A DNA stretch of 64,000 nt. Origin: Octopus sinensis. Taxonomy: Eukaryota. This document shows positions 35,385-48,806 of the stretch, piece after piece. The first letter of the stretch is position 1, and each line of letters starts with the position of its first letter. The position numbers were made by a program, and so were the translations under genes. The stretch is from contig NC_043022.1 of the NCBI RefSeq assembly GCF_006345805.1, positions 20,522,001 through 20,586,000 of the forward strand, read 5' to 3'. Under the pieces are notes generated by a model. That model saw only the letters and a list, made by a program, of their open reading frames with translations, searched no databases and had not been told where the DNA came from.

Positions 35385-36030
35385 GGGGCGTCATCCCATA
35401 AATAATGCGGTATTTTCAATTGCATGAACTAAAAGCCGGATGGGGACGGGATGAACCACCTGCGTCAACTTGCTATAAAATCAGGTAGTAATTTTATCTT
35501 GTATTTATTCTTAGTGCACATTTTGGAAGAGTGCGGTTCCATTTTACACAGTTATTTTATCAAAGCTATAATGGAAGTGAATAAAGGAGTATATTCGGTA
35601 TGTTTTGCTTTATGAGTTCGATAAAGGCAACAACGCAACGGAAAGTGCGAGGAATATTAATGCAGTATATGGGGATTGGACAGTAAGTGTAAGCCAGTGT
35701 CAAAGGTGATTCCAGAGATTCTGAGCAGGAAACTACAGCCCAGAAGACGAGCCACGTCCTGGAGGATCTGTAGAGCTCGACGAGGACGTCCTGCAAACCC
35801 TGATGGAACAGAATCCCATCTCAAGTGTTGAGGAACTAGCAAAGAAGCTTGGGCTTGGTCATTCAACCATTGATAGACATCGGAAAATGACCATCTTTGG
35901 TTTCAAGACGAAAGGTGTTCTTCCATGAGGATAATGCTCGGCCACATACAGCGAGAATGTTCCAAAGGGTGGAGCAGTTTGAATGGGAAACGATGCCCCA
36001 CCTGCCATATTCGTTAGACATTGGCCTATA
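35385..36030 (+). mobile_element. Mariner transposase pseudogene with internal deletion
   Basis: From ATG 35571: MEVNK.YIRYVLLYEFDKGNNATESARNINAVYG...CQR*FQRF*AGNYSPEDEPR.G...; later FHEDNARPH and HLPYS.D. Confidence 0.88.
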
Positions 36031-36274
36031 TATATATACATATATGGAGGCGCAATGGCCCAGTGGTTAGGGCAGCGGACTCGCGGTTGTAGGATCGCGG
36101 TTTCGATTCCCAGACCGGGCGTTGTGAGTGTTTATTGAGCGAAAACACCTAAAGCTCCACGCGCTCCCCCCGCGGGTGGCGTCATTCGAAGGCTAAAACA
36201 ATGCGAAACGCATTGTGACCAGCGATGTGTAGCAGCATCTGATAGCCTGGTCGGTCACGGAAAAGATCACGGTG

Positions 36275-36314
<40 letters not shown>

Positions 36315-38113
36315 GATATAATACACTGATGAGAATATACTGTACTGGTGTTGGGAAAAAAATGAAATAGATTTCTTGACAGTGTGAACATGTTGGCTGG
36401 AGGCGTGTCCATAACAACGTAATCAACAAACAGGAAACATTATACTTTGATAAGGCAATATATTAAAGGAGTGTTGCACTTTTATCAAAGGGAAGGTCTC
36501 TGAAGAAGTACAAAGTACTGTACTTTTATTGTTGTTGTTGTTATTGTTTTTGAGATGGCGGCGGCGTCAGTGGTGGTGGTGGTGGTGGTGGTGGTATTTG
36601 TTGCTTTACTAAGAAGTTCAATGCTTTTTGAAAAAGGGGTTGCAGCAGTTAAACTTTGCATTCATAAGCTTTTTATCAAAAGAAGGCGGCGAGTTGTCAG
36701 AATGATTAGGCATGCCGGACAAAATGCCTAACAGAATTTCTTCCGGCTTTACGCTCTGAGTACAAAATGCCGCCGAGGGTCCACTTGGCGTTTTATCCTT
36801 TCGGAGGGGGGGGCAATAAAATAAGATCAATCTGAGTACTGGGGTAAATGTAATTGACTAGTTCCCTTCCATCAAAAATTGCTGGCCTTGTGCTAAAATT
36901 AGAAACAACATTTTTTCATCAGCAGAGACGGTGAGCTGGCAGAATCGTTAGCACGCCGGGCGAAATGCGTAGCGGTATTTCGTCTGTCGTTATGTTCTGA
37001 GTTCAAATTCCGCAGAGGTCGACTTTGCCTTTCATCCTTTCGGGGTCGATTAAATAAGTACCAGTTATGCACTGGGGTCGATAAATCGACTTAATCCGTT
37101 TGTCTGTCCTTGTTTGTCCCCTCTGTGATTAGCCCCTTGTGGGTAGTAAAGAAATAGGTATTACCATTATATATATATATAATGCATTACCTCTGGATAT
37201 CCTTGTTGCTTATTTTGATTATAATCACCCCAACTTAAGTACCATATTAATCTAAATTTTACTGAACCTATTATATATATATATTCTATATATGAAACTG
37301 AAATGCGTTTTTTACAACGCTTGGATCGCTTTCAATGCCACTACATCCCGTCCGATTCGCTCCAAAATTTACAGGGACATGTAGAATGAGGTGACGATGC
37401 TCGTGGGCTACCTTAGAAATCCCTAGCTTAAAGGTGGTGGTGCTAGGGGACCATCTCCTCACTCACGCTATTTCCTTCCTCCTTTCCTCTCTCTACTTCC
37501 CCTTCATCAATAACTTTGAGAATGCCACTCCCGTTATTTAATGTATTCCCCTCAACTCCCTTTCACTTTCCCTTTATAAGTTTTGTCAGGCGGCTTTCTT
37601 TGATGTATCTGTTTGCATTCATAGGGAGAATAACCATCGCTACCAAACACACGCATCATGAGAACAAATATTATGAATCAGATATTCTTGCGTTCATTTA
37701 TATGTGTGTGTGTGTTGTGTGTTCTATATATAAATATGTATATATAATGTATGTGGTTGGTGTTCTATATATAAATATGTATATATAATGTATGTGTGTG
37801 TGTGTGTGTCTATATATAAATATGTATATAATGTATATATACAAAGTGTATAGCTCTTTATTTATGTATATTAACTTTTTCATACTTTTTCATAGTTATA
37901 TATATTTTTAAACAAATTAAAATATAATTTTAATATTTTTATTTTCATTTAAATAATTTAAATTTTTCAATTTTATATTTTATATATTTTCTATATTATA
38001 TATTTTTTTTAATGTTTTTGTTTTTGGTTCTTCACTGTTGATTTGCCTATTAGTGGTTTTACCTCTAATTTTAATTTATACAGATATATATCTCATTTAT
38101 TATATAATGCGTG

Positions 38114-38149
<36 letters not shown>

Positions 38150-39209
38150 ACATATATATATATATACACATATATAGATATGTTTGCATTACGTAGTCGG
38201 TCCGATCAGCCTGAAAATATACACACCTATGTTAAAGTGCTGGCAATTTGCATGACAACTATTTTTTTTCCCCAAATGAAAGGCGTCACCTCTAGGACAA
38301 AATTCCTCATCTTATAAAATGTGGCCCCAGTAGACCCGAATGAAATCGGGTTATTAACCGAAATGTGAAAAGGGTCTGAATGGGGCTGGAAGGGGATTAA
38401 AATTTCAAGGAGCGGGTGTTTACGAATTCTCTGTTACATCACAAGCTAAAAATTTGCGCCATCCATGTGTTTGCCGTCCATGATAAGAAAGTTTTGAATG
38501 CTTGCCATGGTGAGTCTACTGTCGTGAGAAAGAATCACTTCAAAGCTTGGTGTTTACGAATTTTCTTTTACATCAAGTTCAAAATTTTACGCCAGCCGTT
38601 ACTACGTTGCTGTCCGTCGTTAAGAAATGCCAGCCATGGCGACTCTACTATCCTCAGATTCTATCCCTTCAAACTTTGGTTTCCAATATTTTATTATTTT
38701 TATTCAGCTCGCAAGTTCGTCTGTCCCTTTTAAATGTTAGCGTTTTGCTGTCTGCCTTGAAGCAGACCTTTCCATTGCCACTGCCTTATATTTCTGATTG
38801 ATCTTTCTAAATATTTTATTTCTCAACTTACTCAAGATCTTCTGTTGTTTATAAATGAGAGAGAGATAAAGATAGAGAGCGAGGGAGAGTCCGAGAGAAA
38901 AGAAAAGTAAGAGAGTGGGAAAGTGAGAGAGAAAGGAGAGAGAAACAAATACGGAGAATCATCATCATCATCATCATCGTTTAACGTCCGTTTTCCGTGC
39001 TTTTTTCGTGCCGCCGGCACAGGTGCCAGGGGGGCTCGCAGTGGCAACGATCGGTTGGTGCTTTTTACGTGCCACCGGCACAGAAGCAAGTCAAGGCGGC
39101 GCTGCAATCGGCCACGTTTCGGATGGTGCTTTTTACGTGCTGAAAGGAAGCAACAAAGAAAGTAACAACCACACTCTTACCCGCGCGTAGAGCGGGTCAC
39201 CTTCAGCTA

Positions 39210-39264
<55 letters not shown>

Positions 39265-39599
39265 CCGTGAGGAGTGGCTGTGTGGTAAGTAGCTTGTTTA
39301 CGAACCACATAGTTCCGGGTTCAGTCCCACTGCGTGGCACCTTGGGCAAGAGTCTTCTACTATAGCCTCGGGCCGACCAAAGCCTTGTGAGTGGATTTGG
39401 TAGACTATTTCAGGAGGCGGTGGTGGGTGGGGAAGTAATGGAATAACCATGGTAAGAAAGTGTTTGGATATGTGGCCGGTCTCAAACTTCGGCACCGATG
39501 CGAAATTTCTATATAACTCCATCGTTTCACCTACTACAAATTATGCCAGCCAAAAATGGAATACCACAGTGAAGATGGATAGAAAACTAAATGTATTCT

Positions 39600-40460
39600 A
39601 TCAAAGGTGACACAGAAATATCCCAAGGTTGAATTGGCAGGACTGTGTTACAAATGAGAAGCTTCTGAAAAGACGATATCACGATTGCTGAAAGCATAAA
39701 GGAAAATTCAATTGGCAGGACCGTATCACAAATGAGAAGATTCTGGAAAGAATGAGGTCATGATAATTGCAAAAGATTATGGAAGATCCTGAGGTTCAAT
39801 TGGCAGGACCGTGTCACAAATGAGAAGCTTATGAAAAGAATGAGGTCACGATATTGCAAAAGATTATGGAAGATTCTGAGATTCAATTGGCAGGACCGTT
39901 GCACAAATGAGAAGCTTATGAAAAGAATGATGTCACGATAATGTAAAATTAGGAAGATCCTGATTGCTGAAAGCATAAAGGAAGATCCCAAAATTCAATT
40001 GGCGGGACCGTGTCACAAATGAGAAGCTTATGAAAAGACGATATCACGATTGCTGATTGCTGGAAGCATAGGAAGAAGGACAAATTCAATTGGCGGGACC
40101 GTGTCACAAATGAGAAGATTCTGGAAAGAATGAGGTCACGATAATTGCAAAAGATTATGGAAGATCCTGAGATTCAATTGGCAGGACCGTGTCACAAATG
40201 AGAAGCTTATGAAAAGACGATATCACGATTGCTGAAAGCATAAAGGAAGGTCCCAAAATTCAATTGGCAGGACCGTGTCAAAAATGAGAAACCTCTGAAA
40301 AGAACTAGGTCACGATAATTGCAAAAGGTTATGAATGAGAAGCTTCTGAAAAGAACGACGTCACGATTATTGCAAAAGATTATTATGATCCCGGGGTTCA
40401 GTTGGCAGGACCGTGCCCCAAATGAGAAGCTTGTGAAGAGAACGAGTTCACGATTATTGA
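39600..40460 (+). repeat. ~88-bp minisatellite (about 9 copies) amplified from an RTE-type LINE ORF2 segment
   Basis: ttggcaggac/ttggcgggac at 39634, 39712, 39800, 39887, 39999, 40090, 40178, 40264 and 40402; unit translates to CKRLWKILRFNWQDRVTNEKLMKR. Confidence 0.8.
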
Positions 40461-40589
40461 AAATGGTTGGGGAAGAGCGTCGATTTGGCCTAGCTGGCCA
40501 CAAACGCGAGCCCAGGGTTCTCAAGCATTTTTCTACCTATGGACCCTTTAGTTTCAATTTTACTCGGATGGACCCTCGGGTGTGATAGT

Positions 40590-40754
40590 GTTTGTGGTGG
40601 TAGTGATGGTGTGGTGGTGGTGGTGGTGATGGTGGAAGTTGTTATGGTGGTGGTTGTAGCTGTAGCTGTAGTATGCAGGTCTTCATGTTTGCTGTGGATC
40701 TAATTGTTGTTGTTGCTGTTGTCGTCGTCGTCGTTGTTGGTGTTGTTGTTGTTG

Positions 40755-40800
<46 letters not shown>

Positions 40801-41340
40801 GGTGGTGGTGGTTGTGGTGGTGGCGATGGTGAGGGCAGTGATCTTCATGTTTACTGTTGGTCTTGTTGCTGTGGTTGTGGCCGTTGTTGTTGTGGTGGTG
40901 GTTGTGGTGGTGGCAGTGGTGGTGGTGATGGCGGTGGCGTTGGTGGTGGTGATAGTTGTATGATGGTGGTGGTTGTGGTGATGGTGGTGGTGATGGTGAT
41001 GGTGTGGTGGTGGTGGTGTGGTGGTGGTGATGGTGGTGGTGGTGGTGTGTGGGGGGTGGATGGTGATAGTTGTGGTAGTGGAGGTGTGGGGGTGGGTGAT
41101 GGTGGTGGTGGTGGTGATGGTGATGGTGGTGGTGGTGGTGGTGGTAGTGATGATGGTGATAGTTGTGGTAGTGGAGGTGGAGGTTGTGGTGATGGTGGTG
41201 GTGGTGGTGGTGGTGATGATGGTGATAGTTGTGGTAGTGGAGGTGGAGGTTGTGGTGGTGGTGGTGGTGGTGGTGGTGGTGGTCGTCGTCGTCGTCGTCA
41301 TCGTCGTCGTTGTTATTGTTGTTATTGCTGTTGTTGCTGT
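40590..41340. repeat. Compound (GGT/GAT/GTT)n low-complexity tract
   Basis: Read directly; source of the long poly-T/H/V/G ORFs. Confidence 0.95.
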
Positions 41341-41619
41341 ACCTGAACGTGCCTTGTAACAAATGTTTCCGATCAACCTAAATTGTACTTTAGTAGAAGA
41401 TAGCAACGACAAAAATAAAAGTACAACCGACATAACTGTCGAGTTAGGGTTGGCACGCCTCCATCTTATCAAACACAACTACATTACCACCTTAATACAC
41501 ATCACTGCTCAGTAAAGCTTCTACATGTCCACTCAGGTCGAGAGAAATAGTAGCCAAATCTTCGTTAAATCGTAGACTAAACCTTAATTTTAGGAATCAT
41601 ACATTTGTCTATATAGGCA

Positions 41620-42105
41620 TATATTTATATATTCATACAGAGATATATACACACATACATACACACATACACACATACATATATGCATACGTACATACAG
41701 GCACATCCACATACAGAAATACATGCATGCATACATACATACATACATACATACATACATACATACATACATACATACATACATACATACATGCATACAT
41801 ACATACAACATACACATATACATACATACACACAGACACACCCACATACAGAAATACATGCATGCATACATACACACACATACATACACGCATGCATACA
41901 CATATACATACGTACATACATCACACCCACATACATAAATACATACATACAGGCACACATACAAACACACATACATACATACATATATATATGCATACAT
42001 ACAGGCACATCCACATACATAAATACATGCATACATACATACATACATACATACATACATACATACATACATACATACATACATACTCACACACATACAC
42101 ACTAG
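41620..42105. repeat. (CATA)n/(CA)n microsatellite tract
   Basis: Read directly. Confidence 0.95.
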
Positions 42106-42759
42106 ATATGGTGATTTTCGCTGATCAAGAGAGGTGGTCACTGTGAGGTAATTACTATGCAACCTTTGCGCCATCTGGTGGCTGTACATTTGAATTTTAA
42201 AACCTTGGATTTTCTGGTTTGTGGAATCAGTCCAAGAGGAACTTCCTCTAATGACGACAGTTCGACAATACATCTGATTTTCGTTTGAGTGGTATCGTTG
42301 CTTAAAATTTTGCCCCAAATAAACTCTAATCCAATAGAATTATGATGAAATGCGTTCCGGCCAATGAGCATCTCGTCTTTTTGGATGTCGAGGACTACAA
42401 AGGCAGCAATCACAACAAAAACAACTCCAATAACAACGACAACTGCAGCAACAATAACAAGAAAAACAACAATTAACAACAATTTCTAAAGCAATAACCT
42501 GAGACAGTGAGGAAGTTGTAACGTGCTCACTCGATCAGCTAGAAATAGCAGCGAAACTTCTCAAATCTTACTGTGTTAAGAAAGAGCGGTCCCATTATAC
42601 AATATGCACCTCCGTGCATTACGTTTGGAGAATTGATGATGTGGTCGTGTTTGGAATGTCTTTGAACATTAATCTGCTCAATCAGGCTTAACGAACTAAC
42701 AACAACAAATGAACAAAGTGAAAGCTTTAACGTTAGAAATAGCAGTCAGATCTAATATT

Positions 42760-43452
42760 ATTTAATCAACCCCGAAAGGATGAAAGGCAAAGTCGACCTC
42801 GGCGTAATTTGAACTCAGAACGTAGCGGCAGACAAAATACCGCTAAGCATTTCGCCTGGCGTGCTAACGTTTCTGCCAGCTCGCCGCCTTACAACATCTC
42901 ACTAATCTTTTCTACTCTATGCACAAGGCCCGAAATTTTGCGGGAGGAGCTAGTCGATTAGATCAACCCCAGTATACGACTGGTACTTAATTTATCGACC
43001 CTCGGCGGAATTTGAACTCAGAACGTGACGGCAGACGAAATACCTATTTCTTTACTACCGACAAGGGGCTACACACAGAGGGGACAAACAAGGACCGACA
43101 AACGGATTAAGTCGATTATATCGACACCAGTAACTGGTACTTATTTAATCGACCCCGAAAGGATGAAAGGCAAAGTCGACCTCGGCGGAATTTGAACTCA
43201 GAACGTAACGGCAGACGAAATACATATTTCTTTACTACCCACAAGGGGCTAAACACAGAGGGGACAAACAAGGACAGACAAACGGATTAAGTCGATTACA
43301 TCGACCCCCAGTGCGTAACTGGCACTTAATTTATTGACTCCGAAAGGACGAAAGACAAAGTCGAACTCGGTGGAATTTGAACTCAGAAGGTAACGGCAGA
43401 CGAAATACCTACCGCTAAGCATTTCGCCCGGCGTGCTAACGGTTCTGCCAGC
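42760..43452 (-). mobile_element. Multimeric SINE C cluster
   Basis: Repeated ~180-bp internal modules joined at gacgaaatac|ctatttc (about 43040 and 43220). Confidence 0.8.
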
Positions 43453-44556
43453 TCGCCGCCTTATAACAATCATAATAATAACAGCAACAACACAAACACC
43501 AATAGCAATAACCGCACTCACTTTTACATCTGGTTCCATTCTCAATATTACGAGTATGTAAAGAGTCTGGTCTTCGAAAAGTATCCTGGCATTCATAATG
43601 TCCGAAATCCAACTGAGGTGAAGTAGTTTACCCACCGTATCGATAAGATCAATAGCATTAGAAATAATCACGGGACATTTTTGCCGCAAGTGTTTTTTTA
43701 GGGCTCTCACTCGACAATTTCCGTTGAGATAAATTATTTCATTTTGACAATGTAACACCGAGACAAACATTTCCATTGAACTTCGAGAGTATTATGGACA
43801 TACTGTTTATTACAGCTCTCTTTCAAATAATTAAAAGCCAAGGTGAAAGGATATTTTGTTTTCTTTTTTCTTCTCGAGGTTTATTTATTTATTTTTTATA
43901 TTTTTTCGATTTACTCTCCATCTTAGTAAGTTTTGTGACGTCATAAGGCTTCTTTGTTACGTAATCATTCGGACACTGTTCTTTCATTCTTTTATTCTTT
44001 TGCTTGTTTCAGTCAATTTGACTGCGGCCATGCTGGAGCACCGCCTTTAGTCGGGCAAATCGACACCTAGGACTTAATTCTTTGTAAGCCTAGTACTTAT
44101 TCCATCGTTATCTTTTGCCGAACCGCTAATGTAACGGGGACGTAAACACACCAGTATCAGTTGTCAAGCGATGTTGGGGTGACAAGTACAGACACACAAA
44201 CACATGCACGCACATGCACACACGCACACACACACACACACACAAACACACGCACATATATATATATATACGTATATACGACGGGTTTTTCAGTTTCTGT
44301 CTACCAAATCCACTCACAAGGCTTTTGTCGGCCCGAGGCTATAGTAGAAGACACTTGCCCAAGGTGCCATGCAATGGGACTGAACCCGGAACCATGTGTT
44401 TGGTAAGCAAGCTACTTACCACACAGCCACTCCTGCGCCTATAGTAATCATAACTTTTGATTATCAAACTTTTTAAAAGTTAAAGTTACATGGATGGCTA
44501 AGGCGGCTGATTTTTATTGCTCTCAAGAGACCAACATAGAGGGGACATCATATATA

Positions 44557-44623
<67 letters not shown>

Positions 44624-44880
44624 TTCGAAACGTAGAGTAGATGAAACCATAGCGACTGAAGAAGGGGTTTTTTCTTTGTGTTAATTGTCCTGTACTCCAT
44701 TTTTTGTTGTTTTTAAAAAAATGTCCAGTTCCTTTGGTTGTGTCTATGTTTTCGTTTCTCTTTGTGTTCGACGTCCCCTTGGTGTCCTGTACTCATATAT
44801 GCGTGTATATGTACATGTAGAGGTAGGTACGTACATATATGTTTATATATATGCATATGTTTTATTTCATTTATTAATAT

Positions 44881-44942
<62 letters not shown>

Positions 44943-45128
44943 GACAGGCATCTTTCAGTTTCCGTCAACCAAATCCACTCACAAGGCTTTGGCCAGCTCG
45001 AGACTACAGAAGAAGACGCTTGTCTATAAGTGTTCTACGTGTATTATTAACAAAATTGTAAATAATAAACGGAGACGTACTTGCATAGCAAGAGACTCGA
45101 TCTGAGATCGTGTGCTGGAACGAAATCA

Positions 45129-45287
45129 ATTGCAGCGTGGAAGGTGTTTATAAGCCATTTAAAAACACACAAAAGCCGTTAGATTCTCTTCAACATTTAA
45201 ATTTAATTTACCAAAATATTTTCGTCGCTTTGAGACGCTTTGTGTGTGTTTTAGATGGCTTATAAGCATCTTCCACGCTGCAATTGT
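45129..45287. repeat. ~50-bp imperfect inverted repeat, Penelope-like end with inversion
   Basis: caattgcagcgtggaagg...aaaagc versus gctttg...cacgctgcaattg; flanked by the direct repeat ttgtaaataataaacg. Confidence 0.55.
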
Positions 45288-46074
45288 TTGTAAATAATAA
45301 ACGTTTAATCAATGTATATGAACAAGTTTTATTATCTTTTTAATTCATCTTTTATTTCCTTAAACTATTGTATAAAGCAAATCATATCTGTCAAATAAGT
45401 GAAATGGCATTAGTTAGCAAATAGCTGTGGAAGTTATCTTTTATCTTTTACATGTCACAGATCAAAACATGTGGCCATGCTGGAGCAACGCTGTTTTTTT
45501 TTTTTTTTTCGTTTTATTCATTTATTGTTATTAGGGTTAAATGCTTATCGGTATTATGAAAGTAAACAGACACATTGGTAGAAAGGAATGTAGATACGAT
45601 AATTATTTAGACGGACAGACAGACAGACAGAAAGACAGACAGACAGACTGAGAGATACGACAGGCAGGCAGATAGGTAGGTAGGTAAGTAGGTAGATAAG
45701 TAGGTAGGTAGGCAGGCGACTTTGCCTTTCATCCTTTCGGGGTCGATAAATTAAGTACCAGTTACGCACTGGAGTCGATGTAATCGACTTAATACCTATG
45801 TCTGTCCTTGTTTGTCCCCTCTGTGTCTAGCCCCTTGTGGGTAATAAAGAAATAGGTATGTTTGTATGTATGTATGTATGTATGTATGTATGTATGTATG
45901 TATGTATGTATGAAGGTATGTAGGTAGATAGGTAGGTAGGTAGGTATGTAGGTAGGTAGGTAGGTAGGTAAGCCTACCGATATACCAAAAGTTATCGGCA
46001 AATAGAAATATATTAACAGATATACAAACAGATAGATCACTGAACTGAAGTGAAATTAAAAGAAATGAAGGCGT

Positions 46075-46340
46075 AACTTGCCCAAGCTGCCATGCAGTGG
46101 GACTGAACCCGGAACCATGTGGTTGGGAAGCGAGCTACATACCACACAGCCACATAGTAGAAGACGTTTACCCAAGTGCCATGCAGTGTGACTGAACTCG
46201 GAACCATGTGGTTGGAACGCGAGCTTCTTACCACACAGCCACATAGTAGAAGACGCTTGTCCAAGGTGCCATGCAGTGGGACTGAACCCGGAACCATGTG
46301 GTTGGGAAGCAAGCCTCTTAGCACACAGCCACTCCTGCGT
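46075..46340 (-). mobile_element. Three tandem SINE B heads (~86-nt unit)
   Basis: Repeated ccatgcagtg..actgaac..ggaaccatgtggttgg...accacacagcca. Confidence 0.8.
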
Positions 46341-47635
46341 CTAAGTATTTTCTGTGATCACATATAATGCCTATTTCATACACATTTAAATTAGTTCATG
46401 TTTTATATCTCTGTTTATACATGTATGACACATAGAGTTTGCATAGTCCCGTCTGCATGTGGAATATTTGCGTCTAATTCAAAGATTAGGCTCATTCTTT
46501 TTCTTAAATAAATATCATAATCATATCAAGCATATTCTGTATGTATTCATTTACTTTGTAAATGCATAATTAAGATTGTAAATAATGAACATTTAATAAA
46601 TATATATGAATAAGTTTTATCTTTTTAATTCGTCTTTTATTTCCGTAAACTAAAACACACATAATATTTGTCAAGCGTTTGAAAAGAAGGTAAATAAGTA
46701 ATGCTTTCGAAATTCATTTAAATAATATATTCGATGTAACCTATTTCTAATAAATGCCTCTTTCAAAATTTCTATCCTGTTATTCACCCATTAAGTTGTG
46801 CAGGTTGAACTATGTAAAACATTGGAGAAAGAAACCTGTCTCTTGCAATACAGACCAAAACATACATCTACGTACGAAGAAGAAACAATTAAGAGAAAAT
46901 GCTAAAATATCAGGAAAACAAGAAAATTGCATGTAAAAGTATTGTTTTGATTAAATGGTAGGATATCAAAAGAAATTATTTGCGGCATTTCGTCTGTTTT
47001 TGCGTTCTGAGTTCAAATTCTTCCGTGGACGATTTTGCCTTTCATTTTTTCGGGGTCGATAAAATAAGTGCCAGTTGAGCACTGGGGTCGATCTAATCGA
47101 CTTAACCCCTTCCCCGAACTTGCAGGCCTTGTTTCAAAATTTGAAACCAAAGTTACATTTTATTTTAGATGTGTGTATTGGTATGTATTGCAAGAAACAG
47201 CCAAGTCTCTTTCTCTAACATTTTACGTAGTTCAACCCACCCAAGTTAATGTGTGAACAACAAAATAGGAATTTTGAAAGGAGTTTCTATAAAACTGGTT
47301 TTTAAACATCGAATGGCTACGGGAGTCCACCAGAGTAAAATAGTAATCAAAAGGGTCCATAGGTAAAAAGTGGTTGAGAACCTGAAGAAATTTTGCTTTA
47401 GATGTATGTTTTGGTCTGTATTGCAAGGAACAGTTAGGGTTCTTTCTCTAACATTTTACATCGTTCAACCTGCACAAGTTAATGGGTGAATAACAACATA
47501 TTTTGAAAGAGGTATCTATAAAACTAGTTTATAAACGTCGAATGGCTATAGGGGTCCATCGGAATAAAACGGTAATCAAAGGGGTCCATAGATAAGAAAT
47601 GTTTGAGAACCCCTGCTCTAGAGGATGTATCGTAG

Positions 47636-48108
47636 TTACCAAATGGCAATTGGGATCAGCTACACTTGAGAAAGGGAACTAATGATACGATTCAAAGATT
47701 CTCCAAAATTGATATGGCATTAAGGAAAATGACTGATTTATTGCCTGGTTATAAGAGGACAACCATAGACACGTGTTTTTAGCTCAAAAGGTGCCTTCAG
47801 CACAACAATTGTCCGTCCTTGTATCTAGTAGCCAGTTCTCATTTTTGTTCAAATTATGCAAATTAAACAGGCCATAAATGTGTTCTGCTTAATTTTGTAT
47901 GCATAATTCCTTCGGGTACTGGAAGTAAGACAGAACAACGTCGTGCTGATAACAGCTATTGCGGTAGAAACACGTATGCTACACTGTCTTCTTATATTCA
48001 GACAGAAAGCCTGTCTTTTACCTTAATGCTATGTCAATTTTGGAGAGTTCTTGAATTTTGAGATTATCTACCCTTCTTAAAAGGAGCTAGTCATAATTGC
48101 CATTTGGT
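47636..48108. mobile_element. Old fold-back element with ~105-bp diverged TIRs
   Basis: ttaccaaatggcaatt...ttctccaaaattgatatggcattaagg versus its inverted counterpart at 48010-48108. Confidence 0.55.
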
Positions 48109-48452
48109 AAACGTCATAAACCCTTCAGAGGCGGGGAAGATTTTAATAAAAGCTTTTATGCCGTATGGTATTGATGTACCTTCAGTAATTATACTGGAGA
48201 ACAACCCTCCCTTTCTACCGTTATCTTCCTCTACATGCAGTACTTGAAGTAGTTGATAGGGCTTTGGTCGCGGGATAAAAGATCTCATACTTTATGCTTC
48301 TCTATCTTGACCTGACTACCGTGTTATCATTTCTGTTGTAGCCAACAAACAAAGGGAGAAGTTAGTTGTTATTTATTGCCAAAGAGAAATAACAAAGTGT
48401 TTTCCACAAGGTGGGTGCCTGGTATGAAAACTGCACCCATGCTGTATACATA

Positions 48453-48806
48453 CGAGGTACATTCCAGAAGTTTGGGACTCATTTAGGAGGGGCAGAATTT
48501 TGGTATATCATTAATATGCATCTAAGATAACCTGCCAACGTTTCTTATTTCTTTACTGCCCAAAAGCGACTACACACAGAGGGGACAAACAAGGACAGAC
48601 AAACGGATTAAGTCGATTATATTGACCCCAGTGCGTAACTGGTACTTATTTAAGCGGCCCCGAAAGGATAAAAGGCAAAGTCGACCTCGGCGGAATTTGA
48701 ACTCAGAAGGTAACGGCAGACGAAATACTGCTAAGCATTTCGCCCGGCGTGAAATTAATAAACGTCTCTCACGAAAATAGTCTGAAAACTTCTGGAATGT
48801 ACCTTG
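48453..48806. mobile_element. Mariner-derived MITE with nested SINE C
   Basis: TA-cgaggtacattccagaagttt ... aaacttctggaatgtaccttg-TA. Confidence 0.8.

Noticed and set aside
36495-36530. CTGAAGA-agtac-aaa-gtact hairpin (also partial motifs near 15245, 33945, 44630 and 58140)
   Set aside because: GAAA or stems I/III are missing or permuted; at most decayed Penelope-like ends
40590-42150. Long ORFs (up to 278 aa) of poly-T/H/V/G and YVCM repeats
   Set aside because: Translations of microsatellites that lack stop codons by composition
45290-46690. ~110-bp diverged direct repeats 1.3 kb apart as LTRs
   Set aside because: AT-rich and divergent, no TG..CA ends or primer-binding site, and the interior is ordinary SINE and microsatellite
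48091-48288. 65-aa ORF with protein-like composition on minus
   Set aside because: No recognisable motif, no splice partners, and it overlaps the arm of an old fold-back element
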